The notes: generated from the sequence alone by a model not told the origin. A stretch of DNA of 64,000 nucleotides from an uncultured Chloroflexota bacterium (GCA_937879875.1 CALFMN010000102.1:5556-69555), one strand, 5' to 3'. Shown: positions 1 to 9,796, counted from the first letter of the stretch. Numbers and translations are program-made.

Positions 1-1
1 T

Positions 2-535
2 CCGTTGCATGCCAGCATTCAAGAACATTGCCGCACCATTGGCTTCGACAACCTGGCGCCGATCATTTGGCACAAAATTGCAAACGCGAAGCTGGAAGTA
101 GAGAACGGATCCAGCTTTCTCGGCAAGCCCTACGAGCCAAACGGGATCATCAAAAACGACATAGAGTATATTTTGTTTCAGAGAAAGCCAGGAGGATATC
201 GACAGCCGTCGCTTGCGGCACGGATTCTCTCGGTGATCCCCGCTGAGGCTCATAAGGACTGGTTTCAACAGATTTGGACATTGCCCGGTGCTTCAACTCG
301 GCGGCATCCGGCGCCGTTCCCGCTCAAGCTGGCTGAGCGTCTGGTGCGGATGTTCTCATTCGCCGGAGACACCGTGCTTGACCCGTTCATGGGCACGGGG
401 ACGACGAACCTGGCCGCCCGTCGCTGGGGCAGGAACAGCATCGGCATCGAGGTTATCCCGGAGTATCACGACCTCGCTCAGCGCCGGATGGATGCCCGAG
501 ATGGTGTGCAACTGGCACTCGCATCAGGGGAATGA
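2..535 (+). CDS. DNA methyltransferase, N4/N6 (PF01555-like) family, 5' end cut by window edge
   Basis: The frame is open from the window edge. The C-terminal half reads ...TLPGASTRRHPAPFPLKLAERLVRMFSFAGDTVLDPFMGTGTTNLAARRWGRNSIGIE, with AdoMet motif I (DPFMGTGTT) near the C-terminus as in beta-class MTases. The catalytic (D/S)PPY motif would lie upstream of the window. Confidence 0.8.
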   Translation, partial: PLHASIQEHCRTIGFDNLAPIIWHKIANAKLEVENGSSFLGKPYEPNGIIKNDIEYILFQRKPGGYRQPSLAARILSVIPAEAHKDWFQQIWTLPGASTRRHPAPFPLKLAERLVRMFSFAGDTVLDPFMGTGTTNLAARRWGRNSIGIEVIPEYHDLAQRRMDARDGVQLALASGE

Positions 536-1296
536 CCGGCGTGTTTCTCGTTCCATCGTACGTATTCGCCGAGGCCGTACGGGCGTTCTGGGGGACTCGC
601 ATGCGCCAGTCGAGTGCCCAGACAGCTCGCGGTACGGCCGATCAGGGTGCGCGCGGCGCTGTCACCGGCGGCGCGCAGATGAACGGCTTTGTGCGAACCA
701 TTGTGACACTGATGGTCAACTCAGGAGTGAGGCCAGAGTCCATCTTTGTGGATCGTGGTGCTATCCCGATGGACTACGGCGCGGGCAGCACGACAAGCTT
801 GCCTGGCTACTACCGCCCCACGAAGAAGTGGGACATCGTGGTAGTTGAGCGTGGAGATCTCATCGCTGCAATTGAACTGAAGTCCCAGATCGGACCATCT
901 TTCGGGAATAACTTCAACAACCGGACCGAAGAGGCGATCGGAACCGCGGCCGATATCTGGACAGCCTATCGCGAGGGCGCGTTCGGTACGTCCGCGACTC
1001 CCTGGCTTGGCTACCTTTTCTTGCTCGAAGATTGTGCGGACTCCCGGAGACCGGTCCCAGCTCGAACGCCGCACTTTGCGGTGTTTCCGGAGTTCGTCGG
1101 AGCTTCGTACGCGCTTCGCTATGAGTTGCTGTGTCGAAGGCTGGTCCGTGAACGCCAGTACAGCGCGGCCTGCTTTCTCATGGCCGACGCGGCACACGCC
1201 GATGCGGCAGAGAACTATACCGAGCCCGCTCAGGATCTCGCCGGTGAGCGTTTTCTGACGCAACTATTGTCGCACGTGTCAGCCAATGCCCGGTAG
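532..1296 (+). CDS. Type II restriction endonuclease, XhoI/PaeR7I-like
   Basis: ATGA start/stop overlap with the methylase gene (532-535). The block DIVVVERGDLIAAIELKSQIGPSFGNNFNNRTEEAIGTAADIWTAYREGAFG is what I recall as the XhoI/PaeR7I endonuclease family signature. This is from memory and was not searched. Confidence 0.65.
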   Translation: MTGVFLVPSYVFAEAVRAFWGTRMRQSSAQTARGTADQGARGAVTGGAQMNGFVRTIVTLMVNSGVRPESIFVDRGAIPMDYGAGSTTSLPGYYRPTKKWDIVVVERGDLIAAIELKSQIGPSFGNNFNNRTEEAIGTAADIWTAYREGAFGTSATPWLGYLFLLEDCADSRRPVPARTPHFAVFPEFVGASYALRYELLCRRLVRERQYSAACFLMADAAHADAAENYTEPAQDLAGERFLTQLLSHVSANAR

Positions 1297-1339
1297 TAGG
1301 GCGCGGTTTCGCTGAGCTGGTTCATCGACAGGCGCAACG

Positions 1340-2041
1340 TCATCCGTAGTCAGGAATCTGGCCGAAGCGCTCGCGCAGGCCGGCGCGGCCGGCAGGCGTG
1401 AGGCGCACCGCACGGCTCGATGGACGCGGCTCAATCCAGCGCAGCTCGATCAGCCGGCGGGCCAGCGCCGTGGCCAGCGACCCGGCGAGATGGTGCCGCC
1501 GCTGGGTCCGGTCAAGGCAGGGGCGCAGCAGCGGGCGCCGTGCACGGCAGAGCGCGGCGATGTCGATACCGAACGTGCCGAACGCCGAGCGGCCAGGCTC
1601 GGTCAGTTCGAAGCCGCCCTCTGTACGGCTGATCCAGCCGCCTGCAACCAGCGCCTCGGTCAGCCTTACACCGAGCGTTCCGGCCAGGTGGTCGTAGCAG
1701 AGGCGGGCGAAACGCAGCTCCGAAGCGATCCGTGGCCCGTCTTCGTGCGGCTCGGCAGCGGACAGCGTCTCATTGAGCAGGGCGAGCGCCTCGAGAGTGC
1801 GCACAACCCGCGCGCCGGCGATGCGGAAATAGCGGTGCCGGCCCTGCTGCTCGACGGCGAGCAGACCGGCCTCAAGCAGGCGCGCGAGATGGCTGCTGGC
1901 GGTTTGCGGCGTCACGCGGGCGCGACGAGCGAGCTCGCCGGCGGGTAGGGCGCGCCCATCGCTGAGCGCGGCAAGCATGGCGGCGCGCGCCGGCTCGGCA
2001 AGCAAAGCCGCAGTCGTGGTGATCTCTGCGTCGCGCAGCAT
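1340..2041 (-). CDS. ArsR/SmtB-type winged-helix transcriptional regulator with C-terminal extension
   Basis: N-terminus LAEPARAAMLAALSDGRALPAGELARRARVTPQTASSHLARLLEAGLLAVEQQGRHRYFRI is a typical ArsR wHTH. The gene is divergent from the SnoaL-like gene. Confidence 0.7.
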   Translation of the reverse strand: MLRDAEITTTAALLAEPARAAMLAALSDGRALPAGELARRARVTPQTASSHLARLLEAGLLAVEQQGRHRYFRIAGARVVRTLEALALLNETLSAAEPHEDGPRIASELRFARLCYDHLAGTLGVRLTEALVAGGWISRTEGGFELTEPGRSAFGTFGIDIAALCRARRPLLRPCLDRTQRRHHLAGSLATALARRLIELRWIEPRPSSRAVRLTPAGRAGLRERFGQIPDYG

Positions 2042-2105
2042 GCTTCGATGCTACTCGAAGCGATCGCCGCCTACCATTGCCGCAGCAACCAAAAGGAGCG
2101 AAACC

Positions 2106-2543
2106 ATGTCGCAAGAGCACAGCTCTGCCGCGGATTGCGCCCGCATCTTCGAGCAGTGGCAGGAGCGGGCGCGGGCGGGCGATGTCGAAGGCACGCTGGC
2201 GCTCTACGCCGAGGACGCCGTGCTGGAATCGCCGCTCATTCCCGCCATCATGGGCGTGGAACGCGGCGTGCTGCGTGGCCACGCCGAGATCCGCCCGTTC
2301 TTCGAGGAAGGCACGCGCCGCCGTCCGAACGAGTTGGTGCGCTGGCACCGCAGCGGCGCCTACTTCTGCGCCAACGGCATGCTCGTCTGGGAGTACCCGC
2401 GCGAGGCGCCGGACGGCGATCAGGTCGACATCGCCGAGTTCATGGAGCTTCGCGACGGCAAGATTCAGCATCACCGCATCTACTGGGGCTGGTTCGGTGT
2501 GCGGATGCTGCAGCAGTCGGCGGCGCGAAAGGCGGCGCCCTGA
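2106..2543 (+). CDS. SnoaL-like / NTF2-fold protein (ketosteroid isomerase-like)
   Basis: ATG at 2106 follows AAGGAG (about 2092-2097). The pattern ...WQERARAGDVEGTLALYAEDAVLESP...MELRDGKIQHHRIYWG is typical of SnoaL/NTF2-like proteins. I discarded the longer ORF start at 1977 because it overlaps the ArsR gene and has no SD. Confidence 0.7.
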   Translation: MSQEHSSAADCARIFEQWQERARAGDVEGTLALYAEDAVLESPLIPAIMGVERGVLRGHAEIRPFFEEGTRRRPNELVRWHRSGAYFCANGMLVWEYPREAPDGDQVDIAEFMELRDGKIQHHRIYWGWFGVRMLQQSAARKAAP

Positions 2544-2544
2544 G

Positions 2545-3468
2545 TCAGCACACGGCACGACCCTTGTTCGATGGGTCCGAGTGCGTTTCGGCCAGCATGG
2601 TGAGAAACGCCGCGGCGGCGGGAGCGGGCCGCGCGCCGGTGCGTTGCAGCAAATACCACGGCCGGCGCAGGTCCAGCCCGTCGATGCGGAAGCCGCGCAA
2701 CCTGCCCGCGGCGACTTCGTCCACCACGGCATAGCGCGAGATGAACGAGGCGCCGAGCCCGGCCGCGACCGCGCGCTTGATCGCTTCGATGTTGCCCAGC
2801 TCCATCGCTGGCGGCCATTCGACGCCGAGGGCGCGCAGCCGCCCATCCACCAGCGTACGGGTGAAGGCCGTTGGCTCGCGGGCGAGATAGCGCAGACGCG
2901 TCAACTCGTCCAGTGACAGCACGCCGTCGGCCACGACGCGCTCAGGCACGAACGCGGGCGGCGCCATCAGCAACAGCTCGTCCTCGAGCAGCGGTGTTGC
3001 GCTGAGACGATCGTCCTGGGCCAGCCCTTCGACCACGCCGAGTGCAGACTCGCCATCGGCGACGCGCCGCGCCACGCGGGCACTGACATCGACCTCGAGC
3101 AACACCTCGATCGCGGGGTACGCTCGGGCGAACGCGCCGAGCAGCGGCGGCAGCCAATACGTCGCCGGCGTCGGGCTGGCCGCAACCCGCAGCCTGCCGC
3201 TGGCCACGCCGCGCACTTCGGCCAGCGCGTGCGCGGCCTCGTCCAGCAGCGCCGTAACCCGCTCGGCATAGGGCAGCAAGGCTTCGCCCGCGTCGGTCAA
3301 CTCGATGCGCCGCGGCAGCCGTTCGAAGAGGCGCACGCCGTGCTCGCGCTCCAGCGCTTCGATCTGCTGGCTGACGGCGGACTGCGTCAGGTGCTGCGAC
3401 TCGGCGGCGCGGCTGAAGCTGCGCTGCTGCGCCACCGCAAGAAAGAGCCTGAGCTGATGGCTGGTCAC
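2545..3468 (-). CDS. LysR family transcriptional regulator
   Basis: N-terminal HTH MTSHQLRLFLAVAQQRSFSRAAESQHLTQSAVSQQIEALERE plus a LysR substrate-binding domain. Divergent from the TauE-like gene across an AT-rich spacer (3469-3600). Confidence 0.85.
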   Translation of the reverse strand: MTSHQLRLFLAVAQQRSFSRAAESQHLTQSAVSQQIEALEREHGVRLFERLPRRIELTDAGEALLPYAERVTALLDEAAHALAEVRGVASGRLRVAASPTPATYWLPPLLGAFARAYPAIEVLLEVDVSARVARRVADGESALGVVEGLAQDDRLSATPLLEDELLLMAPPAFVPERVVADGVLSLDELTRLRYLAREPTAFTRTLVDGRLRALGVEWPPAMELGNIEAIKRAVAAGLGASFISRYAVVDEVAAGRLRGFRIDGLDLRRPWYLLQRTGARPAPAAAAFLTMLAETHSDPSNKGRAVC

Positions 3469-3600
3469 CGCGTTCTGCCCATTATTCAGTAGCAGAGCTA
3501 ATGTTATACATTATGAACTCGTACTTGCCTAATCAGCAAACCGGCCCGATCATGAAAGCACGGAGCCGAAGCGGCGCGGCAAACACAGAGGAGCGATACG

Positions 3601-3966
3601 GTGGGCGCAAACCTTGCAGCGTATGCGGCGTTGGGCCTGACGGCGGGCGTGCTGAGCGGCCTTGTGGGCATCGGCGGCGGCATCCTGATCGTGCCGGCGC
3701 TCGTCGTGCTCTTCGGCCTCTCGCAGCACCAGGCGCAGGGCACGACACTGGCATTGCTCGTGCCGCCGATCGGCTTTCTCGGCGCCTGGACGTACTACAA
3801 ACAGGGCTACGTCGATCTGCGGCTGGCAGCGCTGATCGCGGCCGGCTTCTTCCTCGGCAGCCTGTTCGGGGCGCAGTTCTCGGTTGGCCTCTCGGACAAA
3901 ATGCTGGCCCGCGTGTTCGGCGGCGCCGTGGTGCTGATCGGCGCGAAGATGCTGATCGGCGCATAA
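3601..3966 (+). CDS. TauE/SafE-family (sulfite exporter-like) membrane protein, half-size
   Basis: GTG start preceded by GAGGAG. The 121-aa product is predicted to span the membrane four times, with GLVGIGGGILIVPAL and GSLFGAQ motifs typical of TauE/SafE. Confidence 0.65.
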   Translation: MGANLAAYAALGLTAGVLSGLVGIGGGILIVPALVVLFGLSQHQAQGTTLALLVPPIGFLGAWTYYKQGYVDLRLAALIAAGFFLGSLFGAQFSVGLSDKMLARVFGGAVVLIGAKMLIGA

Positions 3967-3975
3967 CCGGCGCGC

Positions 3976-5004
3976 TCAGCCAGAGCGCCGCGCTCTGCCT
4001 TCCGTGCAGTAGATCGCCAGCGTCTCCCGCGCGAGGGCGACGAGCCGCTCGCGCAGCCCATTCGGCTCGACCACCTCGGCCAGCGCGCCGAACGAGAGGA
4101 TGTAGCCGCACGCCTCCGCCTCGGACTCGAACGAGAGCTGCAGGATGCTCCAGCCATCGTCGTCCGGCTGCGACTGCGCCTCGACGCGCAGATAGGCGCC
4201 GACGCTGCCCAGCCGCGAGAGCATCTCCGGTGCGACGCGCAGCGTGACCGGATACCGCGGCAGGCTGGCCGTGAAGCGCTCACTCGATGCTGCCCAATAC
4301 GCCGCAAGATCGAACTCCGGTGGCCGCACCGCCGGCTCCGCGAGCAGCGCCGCCTCCTGCACGCGCGAGACGCGATAGGTCCGGATCTCGCCTTCCACCG
4401 CGGCGATGAGATACCAGACGCGCCCCTTGGCCACGAGGCCGAGCGGATCGACTGTGCGCTGTACATGGCTGCCGTCGCCGCGCTCGTAGATCAGGTCGAG
4501 CCGGCGATCCTGCCAGACGGCCTCCTGCAGCGCCGGCAGAAACGGCGCCGGCTCCCAGCCGCGCCGCCAACCACCCGTGTCCACATAAATGCGCTGCCGC
4601 GCATATTCGGCGTCGTGCCGGCGCAGCGAGGGCAGCGCCACCAGCAGCTTGATCAGCCCGCTCTCCGACGCGCGTTGCAGGCCCAGGTCGGCGAGCAGCG
4701 CGGGCGGCGTGCCAAGGAAGAGCGCTTGCACCTCCGCCTCGTTCAGTCCGGGTACGTCGACGTGATAGTGTTCCGGCAAAACCCAGCCGCCGCCGCGCCC
4801 GCGCTCGGCGTAGACCGGCACACCGGCGGCGCTCAGCGCCTCCATGTCGCGCTGGATCGTGCGCTCGGAGACTTCGAGCCGCTCGGCCAGCGTGCGAGCG
4901 GTCAGGCGGCGCTGCGCCTGCATCAGCAGCAGGATCGAGAGCAGGCGGTCGGCACGCACGGCGCGTTCGTCCCCTTCGTCGGTGCATCGATGAGCTGCCT
5001 TCAT
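3976..5004 (-). CDS. YafY-type HTH-WYL domain transcriptional regulator
   Basis: From the internal ATG at 5004: RADRLLSILLLMQAQRRLTARTLAERLEVSERTIQRDMEALSAAGVPVYAERGRGGGW (HTH_11/DeoR-like), followed by a WYL-type domain (...GRVWYLIAAVEGEIRTYRVSRV). The 5' extension of the 514-aa ORF overlaps the divergent gene and was discarded. Confidence 0.8.
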   Translation of the reverse strand: MKAAHRCTDEGDERAVRADRLLSILLLMQAQRRLTARTLAERLEVSERTIQRDMEALSAAGVPVYAERGRGGGWVLPEHYHVDVPGLNEAEVQALFLGTPPALLADLGLQRASESGLIKLLVALPSLRRHDAEYARQRIYVDTGGWRRGWEPAPFLPALQEAVWQDRRLDLIYERGDGSHVQRTVDPLGLVAKGRVWYLIAAVEGEIRTYRVSRVQEAALLAEPAVRPPEFDLAAYWAASSERFTASLPRYPVTLRVAPEMLSRLGSVGAYLRVEAQSQPDDDGWSILQLSFESEAEACGYILSFGALAEVVEPNGLRERLVALARETLAIYCTEGRARRSG

Positions 5005-5096
5005 CGTAGCTGGAAAATAAGACAGGTGCTGACAGGTTTCATGGCATACGCTGTGCCGTGCGACGCGCCGTTGATGGCGCCGCGAGGAGGACAACC

Positions 5097-5634
5097 GATG
5101 TCCAATCAGCAAAGCGCCACGGCGCTGGCACAGCCGGCGCGCGACCGCCCCGACATCCCCGCCGGCTACGGCATTCACGGCGGCGAGGAGGGGATGCTGC
5201 CCTGGATATGGGTGCGCCGGCGGCTCGAAGCTGCGCAGAATTACTGGATCTGCAGCGCCCGTCCGGACGGCCGGCCGCACGCCATGCCGGTGTGGGGCGT
5301 ATGGGTGGATGACACACTCCTGTTTGGCACCGGCCGCGACACGCGCAAGGCGCGCAATATCGCCGCCAATCCGCATGTTGCGGTGCATCTGGAGAGCGGC
5401 GACGACACGGTGATCGTCGAAGGCGTGGCCGAGGAGCTGCACGACTCGGCGCTGCTGGCGAAGGGCGACGCGGCCTATCTGGCCAAGTACGTCGATCCGG
5501 CCTCGGGCGAGGGATTTCATCTCACGCCGCCCGAAGGGGGCGACAGCTCGGTCTACTGCCTGCGTCCACGCATAGCGCAGGCCTGGCGCGAGGCGAGCTT
5601 TCCGGCGACGGCGACGCGCTTTCGGTTTGGATAG
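5097..5634 (+). CDS. Pyridoxamine 5'-phosphate oxidase (PPOX/F420-dependent) family protein
   Basis: ATG at 5097 follows GAGGAGGA. NYWICSARPDGRPHAMPVWGVWVDDTLLFGTGRDTRKARNIAANPHVAVHLESGDD is a typical split-barrel PPOX-family sequence. Confidence 0.75.
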
Positions 5635-5909
5635 CCCTCATAACTCCCCTTCACCTGCTCTCTCATACACAGGCCGTGGGAGATCTGCTGCATGCAACGA
5701 GCAGTATGGGAGAGCAGGGGCGATCCGGCGCGGAGCGTTTCGAAGAGCATCTGGTTAGCAACAGGCTGCAGGGGCGCAAGCACCGGCGCGCCGGCGAACT
5801 GAACGCTCGCTCGGATCGCGCGCTGCAGGATCGCCCGTCGCTCCCATACGCTCTTGAACAGCCGTAGATCTCCTGGCGTCTGCGTATGGAAGAGACGGGA
5901 CGGGGGGCG

Positions 5910-6788
5910 TCAGGGCCGCTCGCCCACGACCAGCACGTGCGAGCTGAGGCCCAGCAGCGTCGGCTCGTGCTCCACGGCGCGGATCGCCTCCAGCAGCAGC
6001 TCGCGCCGGCGCGCGTCATTCCACCAGGCGGCCAGATCGCGCACCGCGAACTGCGGCCCTTCGACGGCCACGCGATCGACGATCGCGAAGCCTGCTTCGG
6101 CCACCTCGTCGCGCAGTTCGTCCGGGTGATGGAAGTAGGCTGTGGTCCAGTAACGCTTCTCCGTCGGGTTGCGGTGCTGGCCGTCGCGCAGTCCGCGCCA
6201 CATCAGCGGCAGAAACGCCGGATCGTCCATCTGCTCGAAGTAGAGGCCCGAAAACAGGCCGGCGAAGCGCGAGACGCCGACCGCGAAGACGCGGCCGCCC
6301 GGTTTCAGCACACGCAGCGCCTCCTGCAAGGCACGAAGCCGATCGTCGCGTTCGGTCAGATGATAGAGCGGTCCAAGCAGCAGCACGGCATCCGCACACA
6401 TCTGCGCGAGCGGCAGCGTCCGTGCATCGCCCAGGATGATGCCCGCGAGCGGCGCTGCCGGCCGCTCGCTCTCTGCGTCGCGCACCAGCCGCGTATGCGC
6501 GGCCACGAGATCGAGCAGCACCACGCGGTAGCCCGCAGCCGCGAGCCAGCGTGCATACATGCCGGCGCCACCGCCGATATCGGCGATCAGCGCCGGCGCG
6601 GCGGGCAGATGGCGCAGCAGCAGTTCCTGCATGCGCGCCAGCTCCAGCGCGCCTCCGGCGTCCACCGTCAGCCGCACGGTTTCCGGCTCGCGCGTGTAGT
6701 ACGCCACGACCTCGGCCATTGCCGGGGTCAGCGCCGTCGCGGCGCCAGTTTCGCGCGCATCGCCTGTCATCGTCTGTGCAGGATACAT
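5910..6788 (-). CDS. Class I SAM-dependent methyltransferase
   Basis: Motif I LIADIGGGAGMYARWLAAAGYRVVLLDL and post-I/II LLGPLYHL...LKPGGRVF. Start taken at ATG 6788, with an alternative at 6770. The longer 603-aa ORF is a read-through artefact. Confidence 0.8.
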   Translation of the reverse strand: MYPAQTMTGDARETGAATALTPAMAEVVAYYTREPETVRLTVDAGGALELARMQELLLRHLPAAPALIADIGGGAGMYARWLAAAGYRVVLLDLVAAHTRLVRDAESERPAAPLAGIILGDARTLPLAQMCADAVLLLGPLYHLTERDDRLRALQEALRVLKPGGRVFAVGVSRFAGLFSGLYFEQMDDPAFLPLMWRGLRDGQHRNPTEKRYWTTAYFHHPDELRDEVAEAGFAIVDRVAVEGPQFAVRDLAAWWNDARRRELLLEAIRAVEHEPTLLGLSSHVLVVGERP

Positions 6789-6857
6789 GACGCGCGGAAA
6801 CCGCGGCAGCGCTACGATGCTGCACGATACGGCCTGCACATCCGAGGAGGCGCCGCC

Positions 6858-8144
6858 ATGCCCGACATCCGCGATCTGTCCGAGCAGCTCTGGAACGGCA
6901 CGCTGAGCACGGCCGAAATGCACCCGGTACACGGGCGCGTGCCGGAGGGCCAGGAGCTGGCCGAGGGGCTGCTCTACTACAAGGGCGTCGCCAGCGCCAA
7001 CACGCTGGACAGCGGCGACGGGCTGGTGATGCTCGATACGGGCGCGATCAACGACCGCCGCCGGCTGCACGAGGCGGTGCGCGCCTGGCGGCCGCGGGCG
7101 CCGCTCGTCGCGGCGGTCTTCTCGCACCATCACGTGGACCACATCTTCGGCACCGTCCCCTTTGAAGAAGAGGCGAAGGCGCAGGACTGGGCGCCGCCGC
7201 GCGTCTACGCCCACGCGCTGATTCCGGCGAACTTCGACCGCTACCGCAAGACCCTGGGCTGGAACACCGCGATCAACCTGCGCCAGTTCGAGCTGCCGCC
7301 CGACCGTTTCCGCTGGCCGGCCGAGTACCGCTATCCCGACGTGACCTATCAGCAGGCGCTCACGTTCACCGTTGGCGATCTGACCTTCGCGCTGCGCCAC
7401 GCCCGCGGCGAGACCGAAGACGCGACCTGGACCTGGGTGCCGGAGCGGCGCATCCTCGCACCCGGCGACCTCTTCATCTGGGCCGTGCCGAACGCGGGCA
7501 ATCCGCAGAAAGTGCAGCGCTACGCCGGCGAATGGGCGGCGGCGCTGCGCGAGATGGCGGCGCTTGGCGCCGAGATCATGCTGCCGGGCCACGGCCTGCC
7601 GATCTTCGGCGCCGAGCGCATTCGCGTTGCCCTGCTGGATACAGCCGAGCTGCTCGATTCGCTGGAGGCGCAGGTGTTGGCGCTGATGAACGCTGGCGCC
7701 ACGCTCGACCGCGTGCTGCACGAAGTCCAGCCGCCCGCGCAGCTACTGGAGAAGCCGTACCTGCGCCCCGTCTACGACGACCCGCAGTTCCTGCTGCGCA
7801 ACATCTGGCGGCTGTACGGCGGCTGGTGGGACGGCGAGCCTGACAACCTGCTGCCCGCGCCCCGCGCCGAGCAGGCGCACGAATGGGTGCGGCTCGCCGG
7901 CGGCCTGGCGAACGTAATCGCGCGGGCGGCGGCGCTGAAGGAAGAAGGCAACCTGCGCCTTGCCTGCCACCTGATCGAGTTCGCCGCGATCGCCGAGCCG
8001 GCCTCGCGCGAGGCGCACGAGCTGCGCCGCGCGATCTACGCGCAGCGCGCCAGCCGCGAGCAGTCGAGCATGGCCCGCAACATTCTCAACCACGCCGCGC
8101 AGGCGAGCGCCCAGGGCAAGCGCGACTTCGCCGGCCAGGCGTAA
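6858..8144 (+). CDS. MBL-fold metallo-hydrolase with alkyl-sulfatase-type dimerisation domain
   Basis: ATG at 6858 follows GAGGAGG. It carries the HxHxDH motif (FSHHHVDHIFG) and a C-terminal ...YDDPQFLLRNIWRLYGGWWDGEPDNLLP...LAGG... region like the alkyl sulfatase dimerisation domain. No SCP2 tail. Confidence 0.8.
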   Translation: MPDIRDLSEQLWNGTLSTAEMHPVHGRVPEGQELAEGLLYYKGVASANTLDSGDGLVMLDTGAINDRRRLHEAVRAWRPRAPLVAAVFSHHHVDHIFGTVPFEEEAKAQDWAPPRVYAHALIPANFDRYRKTLGWNTAINLRQFELPPDRFRWPAEYRYPDVTYQQALTFTVGDLTFALRHARGETEDATWTWVPERRILAPGDLFIWAVPNAGNPQKVQRYAGEWAAALREMAALGAEIMLPGHGLPIFGAERIRVALLDTAELLDSLEAQVLALMNAGATLDRVLHEVQPPAQLLEKPYLRPVYDDPQFLLRNIWRLYGGWWDGEPDNLLPAPRAEQAHEWVRLAGGLANVIARAAALKEEGNLRLACHLIEFAAIAEPASREAHELRRAIYAQRASREQSSMARNILNHAAQASAQGKRDFAGQA

Positions 8145-8187
8145 GCGGCGGGCGTATACTGGATGTAGCACGCTCAGGACGAACACG

Positions 8188-8373
8188 ATGAAACGCAAGC
8201 CTGCGCCGGCTACGGACGATCCGTGCATCGAGCGACTTGCATACACGGCGCCCGACCAGATCGAGTGGATTCAGAAGTCCGAAGCGCATCTGGCAGCCGA
8301 GGCGGAACTTGCGGCGAAGCAGGCCGCGGCACGCGACGCCGGCGACGCGCAGCCGGCGCACCCGGCGAATTGA
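8188..8373 (+). CDS. Small hypothetical protein (61 aa)
   Basis: High GC3, AGGA about 9 nt upstream of the ATG, and the stop lies 5 nt before the next gene's ATG. No recognisable domain. Confidence 0.3.
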   Translation: MKRKPAPATDDPCIERLAYTAPDQIEWIQKSEAHLAAEAELAAKQAAARDAGDAQPAHPAN

Positions 8374-8378
8374 GCCGG

Positions 8379-9227
8379 ATGTCCGGACCAGCTCGCGCGT
8401 TCGAACAACGCCGCGAGGCGTTGATCACCCGGCTTGAAGCGCTGGCCGGCCATGACCAGCGCATCGTCGCGCTCTGGCTGCAGGGCAGCCTTGCGGCGGG
8501 CACGGCCGATGCGCTCTCGGATGTCGATGCCTATCTCGCGATCGCGGACGAGCAGTTCGACGCGGTCTACGCCGCCCGGCTCCAACTGGCCGCAATGCTC
8601 GGCGACGTGCTCGCATGGGCGGACGCGATCGTGCCGGGGCTCAACGCCCTGCACTGCGTGCTCGCCGGCCCGGTGAAGCTCGACCTCTTCTTCGAGCGAG
8701 CGAGTCAGGCGCCGAACGTCAATCGGCCTGCCGTGCGCGTGCTGGTCGATAAGGCCGGGCTGGGGCCGCGGCTGAAAACCGGCTGGCGGCCGTCGCCGGC
8801 GAGCACGGCACAGCGCATGGACGCGGTGTTTCGCGGCACCCGGCAGGGCTGCACCTGGCCGGTGCGGCTCTTGCTGCGCGGGCAGTGGTCCATCTTCGCG
8901 ATGGCCGAGCTGGAGGTCATCAACGACAACTTGGCGCTGCTCATGGCCGTGCAAACCGATCCCGCGCTGCTCTTTCACAACCGGTTCTCGTACCCGCGCC
9001 TGCTGCGCCCGGAGCAGCGGGCCGAGCTGGACGGCCTGACGCGGGTGCTGCTGGAAGCGGTTGTCCGTCGCGATCTCGCCGCCATGCGCGACGCCCACCT
9101 GCGCATCTACGACGCGCTCGTGCGCGAAGGGCGCGCCGCCTACGCCGCGCTCGGCATGGAGTATCCCGGCACTGAAGCCGGCGATGCGGCCATCCGTGCA
9201 TTTTATGAGCGCGACTGGCCGCGGTAG
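8379..9227 (+). CDS. Nucleotidyltransferase-domain protein (minimal NTase fold, ANT/Lnu-like architecture)
   Basis: LWLQGSLAAGTADALSDVDAYLAI matches the G-S...D-x-D pol-beta NTase motif, followed by a helical C-terminal domain. Start chosen at ATG 8379, downstream of the small ORF. Confidence 0.6.
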   Translation: MSGPARAFEQRREALITRLEALAGHDQRIVALWLQGSLAAGTADALSDVDAYLAIADEQFDAVYAARLQLAAMLGDVLAWADAIVPGLNALHCVLAGPVKLDLFFERASQAPNVNRPAVRVLVDKAGLGPRLKTGWRPSPASTAQRMDAVFRGTRQGCTWPVRLLLRGQWSIFAMAELEVINDNLALLMAVQTDPALLFHNRFSYPRLLRPEQRAELDGLTRVLLEAVVRRDLAAMRDAHLRIYDALVREGRAAYAALGMEYPGTEAGDAAIRAFYERDWPR

Positions 9228-9324
9228 GCCGCCGAGCAACCCTTGCCCCGCGCGCTGCATCAATACAAGCCCGCCCCACCAGGCCTGGCTGCATGGTGCG
9301 CGGCGACGCTGCCTGGCGCACTGC

Positions 9325-9669
9325 TCAAGCGCGGGGCTGGGCGGCCTCAACGACGTGCCCGTAGAACGCCGTTTGGCATGCCGGGCCGCAGAAATGCGCG
9401 CGGAGATCGGTGAGCTCGCTCTGGCAGTGGGCGCAGAAACGCGGCATCGTGCCATGCTCGCAGTAAAAGGCGATCTGGCGTTCGAGATCGGCGACGATGG
9501 CGGCCACAGTGCTCTTCGGCAGCAAGCGCCGAAGGTCGTTTGCGAACGAAATAAGCTGCAAGTCCTCCGGCCAGTCGGTCAGCAGCAGCGGCGGGGCGTC
9601 GGGATATTTCAAACGATGGAGCAGATAGGCCAGGCGATCGGCTTCGCGTCCGAGATAGGCGGCTGGCAT
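9325..9669 (-). CDS. Hypothetical protein with C-terminal Cys-rich (zinc-ribbon-like) segment
   Basis: 114 aa with a purine-rich AGAGGAAAGG upstream. The C-terminus FCAHCQSELTDLRAHFCGPACQ looks like a CxxC...CxxxC zinc ribbon. Confidence 0.4.
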   Translation of the reverse strand: MPAAYLGREADRLAYLLHRLKYPDAPPLLLTDWPEDLQLISFANDLRRLLPKSTVAAIVADLERQIAFYCEHGTMPRFCAHCQSELTDLRAHFCGPACQTAFYGHVVEAAQPRA

Positions 9670-9796
9670 CCGGACGAGACCTTTCCTCTAAACTGCGAGC
9701 GCGGGGCAGAGCCCAAGCTCACGATAGAGGTCCGATCCCGGTGTGACGAGCCCTCCGCGGCGGTTATGGTCCACTGTCAGGAAACTGGCATCACGG

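Noticed and set aside
5005-5520. 5' extension of the WYL-regulator ORF (514-aa version)
   Set aside because: The HTH domain starts right after the internal ATG at 5004, and the extension overlaps the divergent PPOX-family gene.
5886-6857. N-terminal 324-codon extension of the 752-aa ORF (MBL hydrolase frame)
   Set aside because: It overlaps the SAM-methyltransferase gene on the opposite strand. The recognisable MBL protein begins at the ATG at 6858, which has a GAGGAGG SD. The extension is low-complexity.
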